Part shown: one piece after another, positions 18,621-31,761 of the stretch
Position numbering within the stretch: position 1 is the first letter of the stretch
Layout: the number at the start of each line of letters is the position of its first letter
DNA from: Escherichia phage vB_EcoM_phAPEC6
Sequence record: MK817115.1
Direction: 5' to 3' (one strand)
Length of the DNA stretch: 64,000 bases
The notes under the pieces: generated by a model
Told to the model about the DNA's origin: nothing
What the model saw: only the letters and a program-made list of their open reading frames with translations
Database searches by the model: none
Translations under genes and position numbers: made by a program

Positions 18621-19591
18621 ATTAGGTCAATCTCACACAGTAAAGCACTAAGATTCATTTCACGGTCTGATACTGTTGCTTGCTTAACAACTGCATCACG
18701 AATTTTAACTTTAATCTTCATCAGTGTGATTTCATCAGTACTGAACATTTCAGCATTTCTGTACAAGTAAGAGAAAAATGCATCCATCTCATCATCAGGG
18801 ATATTTTGTACAATTTGTTCACGCATTTGGCGAATGTTGCCTGCCTTTAATGCTTCAACAATTGCAGTACGATACCCTGCTGAATTTTCAATACTATCTT
18901 CAAGTTTTACTAGCTTACCATCAACAACTGAACTTTGCAATACGTTTAGTGTTTTACGGAAATCAGGATAGGAAGCATTGATGTACTTTTGAACTTGTTC
19001 AACACTATCATCACTACTCAAATCAACACCTTCTGCTAGAAGAATATTATAAATTCGAGTCATGAATTGTTCCATATCATGCTTTTCGATTGTAATAACT
19101 TGAACACGAGAAATGATAGGTTTTTGAATTTTATGTGGTTCGTTACTTGTTAAAATAAAGCGAGCATTTTCATGATAGTCTTCCATTACACGTTTCAAAC
19201 TACCTTGTGCTTTGTGGTTCATCTGCTCCATTTCTTCAAGAACAAAAATACGATATCTACCAAAACATGATAGCTTTGCTGCGGCATCGATTTTGTCACG
19301 AACAGCATCAATGCCTTCATCGGACATGTTAAGCGTGGTCACATCACTTGGATCAAGGTGTCCATTTTGAACTAGTCCATTAATTAGTACTTTGATCGCA
19401 GATGTTTTACCAGTTCCTGCTGGGCCAAAAAACCCAATATGTGGAATGTCACCAGTCTTAATCCATTCTTCCATTTTCTGGCGTAGTGCATCGTTTTTTG
19501 ATACATAATCTTCCATTGATTGTGGGCGATATTTTTCAGTCCATAGTGTGGTCATTTGTATTTCCTTATGTGTACGTGTTATAGAATCCAA
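18602..19591 (-). CDS. gp44: clamp loader large subunit (gp44/RFC-like AAA+ ATPase)
   Basis: Walker A GPAGTGKT, Walker B-like VLEEMEQ, SRC-like ISRVQ; overall pattern matches T4 gp44. Confidence 0.85.
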   Translation of the reverse strand: MDSITRTHKEIQMTTLWTEKYRPQSMEDYVSKNDALRQKMEEWIKTGDIPHIGFFGPAGTGKTSAIKVLINGLVQNGHLDPSDVTTLNMSDEGIDAVRDKIDAAAKLSCFGRYRIFVLEEMEQMNHKAQGSLKRVMEDYHENARFILTSNEPHKIQKPIISRVQVITIEKHDMEQFMTRIYNILLAEGVDLSSDDSVEQVQKYINASYPDFRKTLNVLQSSVVDGKLVKLEDSIENSAGYRTAIVEALKAGNIRQMREQIVQNIPDDEMDAFFSYLYRNAEMFSTDEITLMKIKVKIRDAVVKQATVSDREMNLSALLCEIDLICSGNM

Positions 19592-19851
19592 TCGGCTGAA
19601 TTATATAATAAAGCCGTGAAAAGTTCTTCTGTCATTTCCAATTGATTTAATAAAAAATTAAAAGAATTTGCCTTATTTTTAATCCCAGTACTTTCAGCTT
19701 GGGCTGATGCAACTAATAAAACTTTAAACATATCATGTGAAACTTCATATACATATTTGGTATTTTTTCTATCTTCAAACATGAATCTTCCGTTTTTAGA
19801 TACTAATGTTACATCCTTGAAACTAAATTTTCCATCATCAGTTATCATCAA
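19579..19851 (-). CDS. hypothetical protein (90 aa)
   Basis: ORF overlapping gp44 start by 13 nt. Confidence 0.35.
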   Translation of the reverse strand: MMITDDGKFSFKDVTLVSKNGRFMFEDRKNTKYVYEVSHDMFKVLLVASAQAESTGIKNKANSFNFLLNQLEMTEELFTALLYNSADWIL

Positions 19852-19904
19852 AATCTGTCCAAATAAAAAGCCCAGATATTCATCCGAGCTTTAATTATAT
19901 TTTA

Positions 19905-20231
19905 TTAACGACCAAAGGTTAGCATTTTAGTTCGTGGATCTTCATCTGAAACTAAACTAACTGCGGCTGGATAATCAACCAAGTTTAATTCAATACCATC
20001 AACTTCAATAGTTCTTGACCATCGACCATGATCAATTAAAATCCATTGACCTTCTTTAATATCAGTAATGTCTTCGCCTACAGAATAAACTTTTGCCCAG
20101 CGAGAACGAATACCTCTAATTTTACCGTCATCGTTTGTTAAAACGATACCACCTGCTGTTTTGCGTTCACCATGTTCCAGTTCAGTTACCAGTACTTTAC
20201 CTTTACATGCAGTCATTACTTTATTAGTCAT
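19905..20231 (-). CDS. gp31: GroES-like co-chaperonin (gp31-like)
   Basis: KTAGGIVLT and downstream beta-hairpin pattern typical of Cpn10/GroES. Confidence 0.75.
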   Translation of the reverse strand: MTNKVMTACKGKVLVTELEHGERKTAGGIVLTNDDGKIRGIRSRWAKVYSVGEDITDIKEGQWILIDHGRWSRTIEVDGIELNLVDYPAAVSLVSDEDPRTKMLTFGR

Positions 20232-20239
20232 TTAATATA

Positions 20240-20584
20240 TTACTCCTGATCTTTGGTTCTAGCTCGACGTGGTGCTTTCTTCTCTTCAGAAACCTCAGCT
20301 TCTTGTTCTTCGGGCTTAACTTCAAAACTCTCATCATCCCATACTTCATCCGTACCATGTTCAGTACTATGAAGTTGATGTTCAGGGATATAATCAGGAA
20401 TTTGCATTTCTCGTTCTTTTTCTTGAATCAACTCTTCACGAGTTTTAATAATTGTTCCACCGGAACCGATTTTATCACCACGTGCGTTTAGATTAGCATT
20501 ACCCAATGCTACCTGATGTTGATTTTGGTACTTGAGCATATCCATGTCAATTGTTGTACCACGATAAGTTGTATGTTTAGACAT
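20240..20584 (-). CDS. hypothetical protein with acidic C-terminus (114 aa)
   Basis: ORF only. Confidence 0.35.
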   Translation of the reverse strand: MSKHTTYRGTTIDMDMLKYQNQHQVALGNANLNARGDKIGSGGTIIKTREELIQEKEREMQIPDYIPEHQLHSTEHGTDEVWDDESFEVKPEEQEAEVSEEKKAPRRARTKDQE

Positions 20585-20603
20585 ATCAAAATCCTTTTAT
20601 TGT

Positions 20604-20643
20604 ATGTGTGATATAAGCCTACAATAAACATTATATCACATGT
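20604..20643. promoter_or_regulatory. inverted repeat (ATGTGTGATATAA ... TTATATCACA) in intergenic region
   Basis: 10-11 bp arms with 14-nt loop; T-run follows on the plus strand, not the minus. Confidence 0.3.
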
Positions 20644-20647
20644 TTTT

Positions 20648-21166
20648 CTACCATTTCAAAAATTCGTTAACATCAAGTTCGTACTTCAATGAATCTACCA
20701 TATGTAGTCCAATCAAAAACAAACAGTATGATGCAACAGAGCTTCCACGTCCTAGACCCCAAAAGATCTCATTTTCTTCCATATAATCAACAAGCCATAT
20801 CATACATCTTAGTAGCTTTGTCATATTATAATATTCATATAAATCAAGTTCATACTCAACACGTTTTCGTGCTTCATCGGATGTGCATTTTTGTAAGAAA
20901 AAGTCACGCAGATTTATATTGTCGTATACTGGATCATATCGCCACAGTTCATGATTTTTATCATGCTCAATTGTATAATCCAGCATACGTTGTTCTAAGC
21001 CAAATTTTTTACAGTTATCATTGAATTTCAACCTTTCAGGTTCATCAATTTCCTGCAATTGTAAGTACTGGATATCTGCACCGCAATTGATTGCATAAAC
21101 AACTGCGTTAAGATTACATTTCACATCACCATTGGGACTTATAAATCTGTTTCCTTGTACTTTCAT
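20648..21166 (-). CDS. DnaE (Pol III alpha)-like fragment: PHP-end to palm GRGS region (172 aa)
   Basis: C-terminal 67 aa align ungapped to E. coli DnaE around GPGRGSGAGSLVAY (GLGRGSSVASY here); N-terminal NRFISPNGD...AVVYAI resembles PHP-domain end; ORF stops just before where DnaE has PDFDVDF. Confidence 0.5.
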   Translation of the reverse strand: MKVQGNRFISPNGDVKCNLNAVVYAINCGADIQYLQLQEIDEPERLKFNDNCKKFGLEQRMLDYTIEHDKNHELWRYDPVYDNINLRDFFLQKCTSDEARKRVEYELDLYEYYNMTKLLRCMIWLVDYMEENEIFWGLGRGSSVASYCLFLIGLHMVDSLKYELDVNEFLKW

Positions 21167-21437
21167 TTTTCTTCTTCTGGGCCTCTTCGTTGTCAGTTAG
21201 ATATGAATCCATATCGAAGATACATGGGTCTTCTTCGTCATAAACAGTTTTTTCTTTTTGTCCTTGGCGAAGTTCTAGTTCAGCATAACATTGATTTAAG
21301 ACAGTTTGCATATTACCAATAATCATGTCACTTAGGCCAGCAGCACGAGCAGAAGTTAAACGCATAGACTGTTCATTAATTTTTAACTGTAGTTCTTTTT
21401 CCGTCATTCCAGACGGGTCAAAAAACGGATTAAACAT
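21126..21437 (-). CDS. hypothetical protein (103 aa)
   Basis: ORF only. Confidence 0.35.
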   Translation of the reverse strand: MFNPFFDPSGMTEKELQLKINEQSMRLTSARAAGLSDMIIGNMQTVLNQCYAELELRQGQKEKTVYDEEDPCIFDMDSYLTDNEEAQKKKNESTRKQIYKSQW

Positions 21438-21438
21438 A

Positions 21439-23859
21439 TTAACCTCCTATGTTATTGTTTTGCAATGTAATCAAAAATGTATCTGAAACATAATTCACTG
21501 ATTCATGCGAAAAGTATCCGAATTCAACCGATGTGATTTCGAACTCTACACCTACCATTGTACCATGTTCATTGTTCTGAAGTAAAGTGTTGAAAAATGC
21601 TTCACCTTTCCCTGGTTGACAATATGCAACTGGAATGATAGGCATGAATTTTTTCTGTATACCATCTTCAATGTATGGGTGATTCATAAATCTTGGAACC
21701 GTATCAAGCATTTCATCACTGATACTTGGTATCGCATCAACGTATAGACCACGATTTTGTAAATCGGTTGGGTCTTTTACTAAGTTGGTTGTGTCTTCAC
21801 CAATAGCCTGAAAAATATTTTGTCGTAAACCAAATAATTCACCAAGCTGACCGTTGTCGATTTGAGTATATTGACGTGGATTTTTGGATACAGATACTAA
21901 AGATCCTTCAGGTAAAACCTCTCTATATAATAGATCATATTGTAAGTTACCTTGATTGTCAAGTGCTGATATTATTTTATAATTACCCATTACCATTTTA
22001 AATTTTCCATTTGGAATAGTAGTTCCATTTGGGTTAATTATACTATTTCTCAATACTTTCTTGATATCAGAAAGGTTAGTATATGGATACGTTTGACTTA
22101 GGAAGTTTTCTTTCAATAACATCTTCGGTATTTTCTGAAGACCATATCTATTGTCAGATTGTCGGAAAAATAGTTGATTAGTGAATGATGAAGTACTGAT
22201 ACATTTAAACCATTCTCTCTCAAATGCAACCGAAGGTAATACATGTGCACTCAAATAATTCTGTCCGAATCCTCTTACAATCTTAAGGTTAAATATTTTT
22301 CTTGCTTCACCACCTTCAGTACTAAATGCTTTAACATAAAACGATAATTTAATATCATCATTTTCACTAAAATCAATACTTTTGGCATATGCAGTTCCTA
22401 CAAGATATCCATCTGGTGTCAAATCTATCCCATACTTTCTAATGTCATCACCACCATCTAAAACATACGAAACTTGATTAGAGCTATCAGTTTCAATTTT
22501 AGGATATATACTGTCTCCAAAATATTCACCAACATGTATGGTTCCTAAATCACTATCAGTAATAAAGTTTATATTATTACCTTCTTCTGCGTTTATCAAA
22601 ACCCTGAACATTTTTTGCATACCAATGATATTATCACCAAGAGTAGAGTCATAATATCCTAAATCAATCCAATCACTACTATCATAAACGGGCTTAATTG
22701 TTCCATTATCGTATTCACCACTAATTACGTATGGATACACAACATTATCTTTTAATTGATATAAATGATTGGGTAGTGGTTTTTCTGAAATAGAATATAT
22801 AGTATCTATGTCTTCAGGACAAACCCACATTTGATATGCTTTATATCGTTGATTGATAGCAAACCTTTCACTTTCTTCGGTGTATGTACTTAATATATCA
22901 ACAATCTCAACTTTAAAATATGCATCACAAGCATCTGAGTCATATAAAAATGTTTGCAATAATTGCCCATTTGGGTTGAACACCATTCCAGTGTCAATTA
23001 AATTACCATTTCTATTTTGAATATTAACTTTTACTTCTTTGTTTATACCAGAAATAGGCCATGTTGATTGTGCTGGCTTGAATACTGCGAAATCATTCGT
23101 AATATGTTTATCTGGAACTTCAGAAATATCCATGTCAATCAAACGATATGCTGGAAAAAAGACACGAGGTGTAATATCAGTAGTCATGTCAGTACCCAAA
23201 ATGAAAGGTCGTCTTCTTCCAAATCCTTGAACGAACAATGTACTGTTGGAGCCATACTCAACATCACCAATACAATAAAGCTTTTTGTCATCACCAATCT
23301 CAACTCCAGGTGTAACCCAAACTTCTTGACTATCATATGTTATTGATGTATCAGTTAATCCTAGAACACCACTTGGTGAAATATTTCCAAAATACATAAC
23401 ATTTACTGCTTGTAAATAAAAATTTATAATTTCTGTATTATTATAGGTTCCATCATTTTTACAATGAATTTTTATAAAATAAACATCTTCACTATTAGTA
23501 CTTGCAGATAAGTTAAATTCATTTTTGCTGATTTTACACTTATGCTTACCATTTACTAATTTATTACCAGTTGTACCATCTGAAATAGGAACAAAAGTAT
23601 TTTCGTCATTACCAACATAAAAAGTATAATGTGGTTCTGGATCAAATACAGCACCTGAACTATCCAAGCATTGTATGTTAAGAATCATTTCTAAGTATTC
23701 ATCTTCATTTAATACATAGCTATCATCCGTTGTGCTTTCTTTATTGATACTCAAACGCACAAGAATGTCTTGTCCTTCTTGTATATATCGAGCATCGGCT
23801 TTTATATCCCATCGTGGGGTAAAAGTTGTCATTATAATTCTCCATAGCCAAGCTGCCAT
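21439..23859 (-). CDS. large protein (806 aa), possibly late/virion-associated
   Basis: Long ORF preceded by TATAAATA late-promoter-like motif; no enzymatic motif recognised. Confidence 0.5.
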   Translation of the reverse strand: MAAWLWRIIMTTFTPRWDIKADARYIQEGQDILVRLSINKESTTDDSYVLNEDEYLEMILNIQCLDSSGAVFDPEPHYTFYVGNDENTFVPISDGTTGNKLVNGKHKCKISKNEFNLSASTNSEDVYFIKIHCKNDGTYNNTEIINFYLQAVNVMYFGNISPSGVLGLTDTSITYDSQEVWVTPGVEIGDDKKLYCIGDVEYGSNSTLFVQGFGRRRPFILGTDMTTDITPRVFFPAYRLIDMDISEVPDKHITNDFAVFKPAQSTWPISGINKEVKVNIQNRNGNLIDTGMVFNPNGQLLQTFLYDSDACDAYFKVEIVDILSTYTEESERFAINQRYKAYQMWVCPEDIDTIYSISEKPLPNHLYQLKDNVVYPYVISGEYDNGTIKPVYDSSDWIDLGYYDSTLGDNIIGMQKMFRVLINAEEGNNINFITDSDLGTIHVGEYFGDSIYPKIETDSSNQVSYVLDGGDDIRKYGIDLTPDGYLVGTAYAKSIDFSENDDIKLSFYVKAFSTEGGEARKIFNLKIVRGFGQNYLSAHVLPSVAFEREWFKCISTSSFTNQLFFRQSDNRYGLQKIPKMLLKENFLSQTYPYTNLSDIKKVLRNSIINPNGTTIPNGKFKMVMGNYKIISALDNQGNLQYDLLYREVLPEGSLVSVSKNPRQYTQIDNGQLGELFGLRQNIFQAIGEDTTNLVKDPTDLQNRGLYVDAIPSISDEMLDTVPRFMNHPYIEDGIQKKFMPIIPVAYCQPGKGEAFFNTLLQNNEHGTMVGVEFEITSVEFGYFSHESVNYVSDTFLITLQNNNIGG

Positions 23860-23870
23860 TATCTATAGAT

Positions 23871-23878
23871 TATTTATA
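23871..23878 (-). promoter_or_regulatory. T4-late-type promoter motif TATAAATA
   Basis: Exact TATAAATA on minus strand about 12 nt upstream of the 806-aa ORF start. Confidence 0.4.
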
Positions 23879-23888
23879 TAAAGGACAA

Positions 23889-23909
23889 GGAAGACCCATA
23901 AGGTCTTCC
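23889..23909 (-). terminator. terminator-like hairpin (GGAAGACC-loop-GGTCTTCC)
   Basis: 8-bp inverted repeat just after the gp52-like stop. Confidence 0.4.
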
Positions 23910-23919
23910 ATTAAATATA

Positions 23920-25332
23920 TCAATTGTCTGATTTAGGAGTAAAGTCAATCTTTCTTAGTTCTTTTAGTTCAGATTTATAAATGTCCCAAATTAAGTCATG
24001 ATTAGATAACAGTTCATTGTACTTATCCATCAAATCAAGATTATCTTGAATATCTTGTAGTACTGATTGATAATTATCTTGCGTCCAGCGATATGAAGGG
24101 AAGTTTACAATGCTTTGAATATTCTCTTCCGTTGCTTCAATTTCGGTATTTAACGATTTAACGAATTCAACCATTTCAGCACGGTTTGCAAATCCTTTTA
24201 CCTTAGCAATCATATCATTATCGAAACATTCTTTAATTAGAATTTTATAACGAACTTCAGCAGCACAATCATCAAGTTTCTTTTCATAACGCTTGATGTA
24301 ATATTTGAAACGGAAATCAACGAAGTCTTTAATCAAATCCATCGTAGTATCGTAAACTTTCACTTTGCCATTTTCACCTAGAACAGTTAAATGTTGAGTC
24401 ATTTTTTTGTTAATGCCAAAATACTCAATAACATCCATCTCTGTCCATTTAGCTGACGTTCCACGTGGAAGTTTAATGGTAATATCAATTACATCAGTAC
24501 TATCATTGTCATAATCACGAATCTCACCATCATCACTCATTTTGATTAGTTTTTCGATGAATTTCTCAATACTGTAATTAGGTGGTAAGCCTGTTACTTT
24601 AACAGTGCTTGCATCAATAACCTCAGCTTTACCATAGAATTCATACTTATTTTCATCAAGCTTAGTCACAACATCACTTGCACCACATGAAACATAATAT
24701 GGGGTCATTTCTTTTAGTGGTTTTTTATCAATAGCACGAATGCAATTATCAATAATATCTTCAATTTTATGTGGTAGAATTGTACTCTTATAACCAACTG
24801 ACATACTATCATTACCAAACAATGATAATGGAATAATAGGCAAGAAATGAACAGGTTCATATGTTGTCCCGTCATAGTTCTCTTTCATTGGTATAATATC
24901 AGCATCACGCAAAACAAGCATCTCAGTACTCTTATTCTTTTTAACATAAGTGTAACGAGCAGATGCTGGTGTACTGTTTACTTGTGTACCAAAACCACCA
25001 CGTTTTCCAATAAGAGGATAGTTGTTAGCTACTGGAGATGCTAGATTTTGAAGTGTTCCTGATGCTGACGTGTCCCCATGAAGATAGATACCATCACTAA
25101 TCATTTTTCCAGCACATGATACTGTTTTAATTTCCCCACTAATTTTAGATAATGTGAAGATTGCTTTACGTTGTGAACTCTTTAGACCATCAATTCCAGG
25201 AATAGCACGGTCTAGTGTATACATCGAATATTCTAGTGATGTTGTATTCACATAATCAGAACTGTTATAATCTAGTAGAGTTAGTGTTTGGTTATCGATA
25301 TTATGATTTTCTGTTTTTTTACTTTTAGCCAT
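23920..25332 (-). CDS. gp52: DNA topoisomerase II medium subunit (GyrA-like, gp52-like)
   Basis: YSMYTLDRAIP...DGLKSSQRK matches GyrA/ParC N-terminal signature. Confidence 0.85.
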   Translation of the reverse strand: MAKSKKTENHNIDNQTLTLLDYNSSDYVNTTSLEYSMYTLDRAIPGIDGLKSSQRKAIFTLSKISGEIKTVSCAGKMISDGIYLHGDTSASGTLQNLASPVANNYPLIGKRGGFGTQVNSTPASARYTYVKKNKSTEMLVLRDADIIPMKENYDGTTYEPVHFLPIIPLSLFGNDSMSVGYKSTILPHKIEDIIDNCIRAIDKKPLKEMTPYYVSCGASDVVTKLDENKYEFYGKAEVIDASTVKVTGLPPNYSIEKFIEKLIKMSDDGEIRDYDNDSTDVIDITIKLPRGTSAKWTEMDVIEYFGINKKMTQHLTVLGENGKVKVYDTTMDLIKDFVDFRFKYYIKRYEKKLDDCAAEVRYKILIKECFDNDMIAKVKGFANRAEMVEFVKSLNTEIEATEENIQSIVNFPSYRWTQDNYQSVLQDIQDNLDLMDKYNELLSNHDLIWDIYKSELKELRKIDFTPKSDN

Positions 25333-25345
25333 TCCATTGTCTCTT

Positions 25346-25371
25346 GGTAAAAGGGGAACACCATGTTCCCC
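25346..25371 (-). terminator. terminator-like hairpin (GGGGAACA-CCA-TGTTCCCC)
   Basis: 8-bp inverted repeat plus TTTTACC on minus strand between gp39-like and gp52-like genes. Confidence 0.5.
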
Positions 25372-25382
25372 ATTAGTCTATA

Positions 25383-27347
25383 TTATTCCATCCAGTTCTT
25401 ACGATCATCTGCACGTTTCTTGTTGAAAATCAAATCAAGAGTTTCTCCAAGACGTCCATCATCGGTGATCGCTACTGCAACACTATTAGTGAATGCATCA
25501 CGGAAGTTTGCTTTTTCTAAAGTTCCTAAACCTTTTGCACGCGTTGCTTTCCAGCCTTTCCAATCATCTGGGTTATATTCATGCACATTATGACCATAGT
25601 AGTATTTTGATTCTTTACCTTTCTCAAGAATGATAAATGGTGTTTTGAATACATACACAAATGGATTTTCTGGGTCTTGAAACAATTCAGGCCAGAATTT
25701 AAATAAGAAGTTACACACTAGAGCACCAATGTTCTTCCCATCTTCATCTTCATCAGCACAGATGTAAAGCTTACCATAGTTTAGTTCAGAACGTTCTGCT
25801 TTAACACCTGGAACTAAGTTGATACTAGCCATTATATCATGTAAAGCCATTGAATCCATTAATTCTTTGGTTTTCTCAGTACCACTGACGTTCATAATTT
25901 TCCCACGCAATGGTAGAATACCATGAATACTTGGTATACGAGCACTAGCCATGTTGGAAATTGCAGAGTCACCTTCTGCAATCAATAGAATACACTGTGA
26001 ACGGTCTGTTCCAGTACTATCCAATAGTTTTGCAACTTTACCTTTTAGAAGTTTCTTTGCTAGGCGACGATCTTCTTCTGCATCTTTCTTATTTGTACGG
26101 GCAGCACAACGTTCGAAGATTTCATCAACCCATTCTTTGTTCTTCTTAACTAATTCATCAAACCATTCGGTACTCATAGCTTGTTGAATTGGACGGATTA
26201 CGTTTTCATTAGTTAGTTTAGATTTAATCTGTGAGTTGAATGAAGGTGCTTTCATAGTTGTGACATTATAAATCAACAAACCTTCTTCAATATCAGAACG
26301 ATTAGGTTTCATCCTACGTTTCTTAGATTCTTTCTCTAGTGCAGTTCCTACACCGAGTGAGAAGAATTTCTTGAATGTATCAAGATGTGTACCACCATCA
26401 AATGCAGGAGCATTGTTAACCAACCCATGCATATGGAAATTCGTGTTCATGCCAGCTACTGCATTAGGAACAATATAAAAAGTACTGTTAAAATTGAATG
26501 AATCATCTTTAACATTCAACTGCATTAATTTAGATGCATTGAAGAGTGCTTTTTCAGTGTTTCCTTTAATAGCAATACGTTTCCCGTTCAGAAAGATTTT
26601 ATAAGTTGGGTTAGCTGCTGCCATTTCTTTAAGAATACTATAAAGTAATTCTGTAGGTAGTTTTCTGTTTGGAAAAACTTCTTTACTCAAAGTAAAACGA
26701 ATTGTTGTTCCAGTTTTATCGGTTTGTACCTTTCTAATAGTAGGTTCGTGTACATGAAGCTCAGGGAACATAATAGTTCCTTCCTCAAACTTCTGATTGA
26801 ACTTATAAAACCCATCATAACCATCATTACTACTTTGTGTTTTATACGGACGACCTTGGCGATGAATTTCTAACTCTGCCTTAGAACTGACAATCATTGC
26901 AACAGAACCACCTAAACCATTCTGACCAATCGTTTCATCACGTTTTGAATCGTCAAAGTTACGGCCTGTTTTTGTTTCAGTCATTACCATAGTACACAAG
27001 TTTTTCTGATACTCTGGAACATAATCAATTGGAATACCACGTCCATTGTCACTAATTTCAAATGATAGTTCTTCTTCATTGAAATCAACTTTCAAAACAG
27101 GTTCTTTGGTTCCAGCTTTTTTAAATTCATCTAAGCTGTTATCAATAATTTCACGTGTAGCAGTAAGAATTGCAGGAACCCATTCTACGTTCTTAACCTC
27201 ATAACCTGATTCGCCAAAAATCAGTACTTGACTTTCATGCACTGAACGAGAACCAAGATACATCTCGGTACGCAAACGAGCATGTTGATAATCGTTAAGT
27301 CGTTGAACATCATGTTCCTGTAGAACAGCACTTTCTTTCTTAGCCAT
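25383..27347 (-). CDS. gp39: DNA topoisomerase II large subunit (GyrB-like ATPase/Toprim, gp39-like)
   Basis: GHKL ATPase pattern (EIIDNSLDE, DNGRGIP) and Toprim EGDSA. Confidence 0.9.
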   Translation of the reverse strand: MAKKESAVLQEHDVQRLNDYQHARLRTEMYLGSRSVHESQVLIFGESGYEVKNVEWVPAILTATREIIDNSLDEFKKAGTKEPVLKVDFNEEELSFEISDNGRGIPIDYVPEYQKNLCTMVMTETKTGRNFDDSKRDETIGQNGLGGSVAMIVSSKAELEIHRQGRPYKTQSSNDGYDGFYKFNQKFEEGTIMFPELHVHEPTIRKVQTDKTGTTIRFTLSKEVFPNRKLPTELLYSILKEMAAANPTYKIFLNGKRIAIKGNTEKALFNASKLMQLNVKDDSFNFNSTFYIVPNAVAGMNTNFHMHGLVNNAPAFDGGTHLDTFKKFFSLGVGTALEKESKKRRMKPNRSDIEEGLLIYNVTTMKAPSFNSQIKSKLTNENVIRPIQQAMSTEWFDELVKKNKEWVDEIFERCAARTNKKDAEEDRRLAKKLLKGKVAKLLDSTGTDRSQCILLIAEGDSAISNMASARIPSIHGILPLRGKIMNVSGTEKTKELMDSMALHDIMASINLVPGVKAERSELNYGKLYICADEDEDGKNIGALVCNFLFKFWPELFQDPENPFVYVFKTPFIILEKGKESKYYYGHNVHEYNPDDWKGWKATRAKGLGTLEKANFRDAFTNSVAVAITDDGRLGETLDLIFNKKRADDRKNWME

Positions 27348-27410
27348 TTGATTTCCTTATCGTGTCTCTTTGTCCTAAAACATTGTATCATCAATGTCAT
27401 TTTTGTCTCA

Positions 27411-27441
27411 AAAAAAATATCGGGACATCTAGTCCCGATAT
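27411..27441 (-). terminator. intrinsic terminator (ATATCGGGAC-loop-GTCCCGATAT) with T8 tract
   Basis: 10-bp inverted repeat followed on minus strand by TTTTTTTT. Confidence 0.65.
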
Positions 27442-27442
27442 A

Positions 27443-28233
27443 TTATTTTACTAACATAAGTTTAAGTTCAGCACTTGGACTTGATTCATCATCACTCCAG
27501 TACTTATGAACTTTATCTAAACTTGCCTTTGCAAGAACTTCACCACCACCTACTATGTAGACTTGATGTGAACCAATTAAACGGGTCCAGAATTTAATTG
27601 CATCATCGGTATGAAGACTGTCGCTCAGTACTTTTACACCATTAGCTACCATATCCATAAAAATATTATAGATGATGCCCTTAGTTCCGGTTTTAGAAGC
27701 TGTGGCAGCAATCTGAAACACATTAGGAACACCGAGGACTGCATCATTGGATAAATGTCCACTAACGATAGCAAGCTGTTTACCCGCCTTATCATAAGCA
27801 ATAAAACCTGTGCCATGCTTATTCATGTAAACATCATATTCTTTATGTTCCGCGAATTTTACCATATTTTTCTTACCAGTCATTTCAGCAGTTTTATCAA
27901 CAAACTCATCTCTGTCTTGACCTTGAAAACTATCGAAGCGTTGTGGCATTTCATCCAGCTTATCTTTTTCATCGTCACATGAATCCATTATATCACAAGT
28001 TCTGTCATCTGTATCAGCTAGTTCTGCATCTTGTACAATATCAACCAAACTACGCATACTAGATTCTTTAACTTTATCAGGGAGTTTTGATCCTTTTTTA
28101 AGATTTCCTTCCTTCTCATCAGCAGCGTTCCACTCTTTTGCTGCACTTTGTGAAATGCCCGCTTTTTTAGCAAATTCTGGATTATGAGCAGCGGCAGCGA
28201 AAAACTTCGCCTGACTTTTACTTTTACTTGGCA

Positions 28234-28234
<1 letters not shown>
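27443..28234 (-). CDS. hypothetical protein (263 aa)
   Basis: ORF; shares a start/stop nucleotide with upstream gene. Confidence 0.4.
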
Positions 28235-30400
<2,166 letters not shown>

Positions 30401-30411
30401 AAGTCTATATT

Positions 30412-31474
<1,063 letters not shown>

Positions 31475-31518
31475 GTAATAAAAGCTCCAATATGATTTTA
31501 ATGTTTTGTTCGATAGTA

Positions 31519-31547
31519 ATTATAGGATAGAACATTAGTTCTGTCAA
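31519..31547 (-). promoter_or_regulatory. sigma70-type promoter (TTGACA-N17-TATAAT) upstream of IF3 homolog
   Basis: Perfect -35 and -10 hexamers with 17-nt spacer on minus strand, about 40 nt upstream of the IF3 start. Confidence 0.6.
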
Positions 31548-31738
31548 GCACTATCATTGTGTTTTTTAATTGCTTCACAGATTGCTTGAACTTGAACAAG
31601 ATAAGTTTTTGCAAATTCTGCTTGGGTTCGCACACGTGGGTTTGGTGCGTCTTTGATCATAAGTTCTAGGTCATAAACTACCTTATCAAAAACTCCCTTG
31701 TCTTCAATAATACGATCATAAAATGTTTTGTCAGTCAT
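31544..31738 (-). CDS. hypothetical protein (64 aa)
   Basis: Short ORF. Confidence 0.3.
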   Translation of the reverse strand: MTDKTFYDRIIEDKGVFDKVVYDLELMIKDAPNPRVRTQAEFAKTYLVQVQAICEAIKKHNDSA

Positions 31739-31761
31739 GTCAAGAACTCCATGTTATAAAA

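Noticed and set aside
19579-19851. 90-aa ORF upstream of gp44 as the clamp-loader small subunit gp62
   Set aside because: Half the length of T4 gp62 and no recognisable similarity.
21439-23859. 806-aa ORF as an rIIA-like protein
   Set aside because: Size is similar but I see no GHKL ATPase motifs; the late-promoter-like motif upstream argues for a different role.
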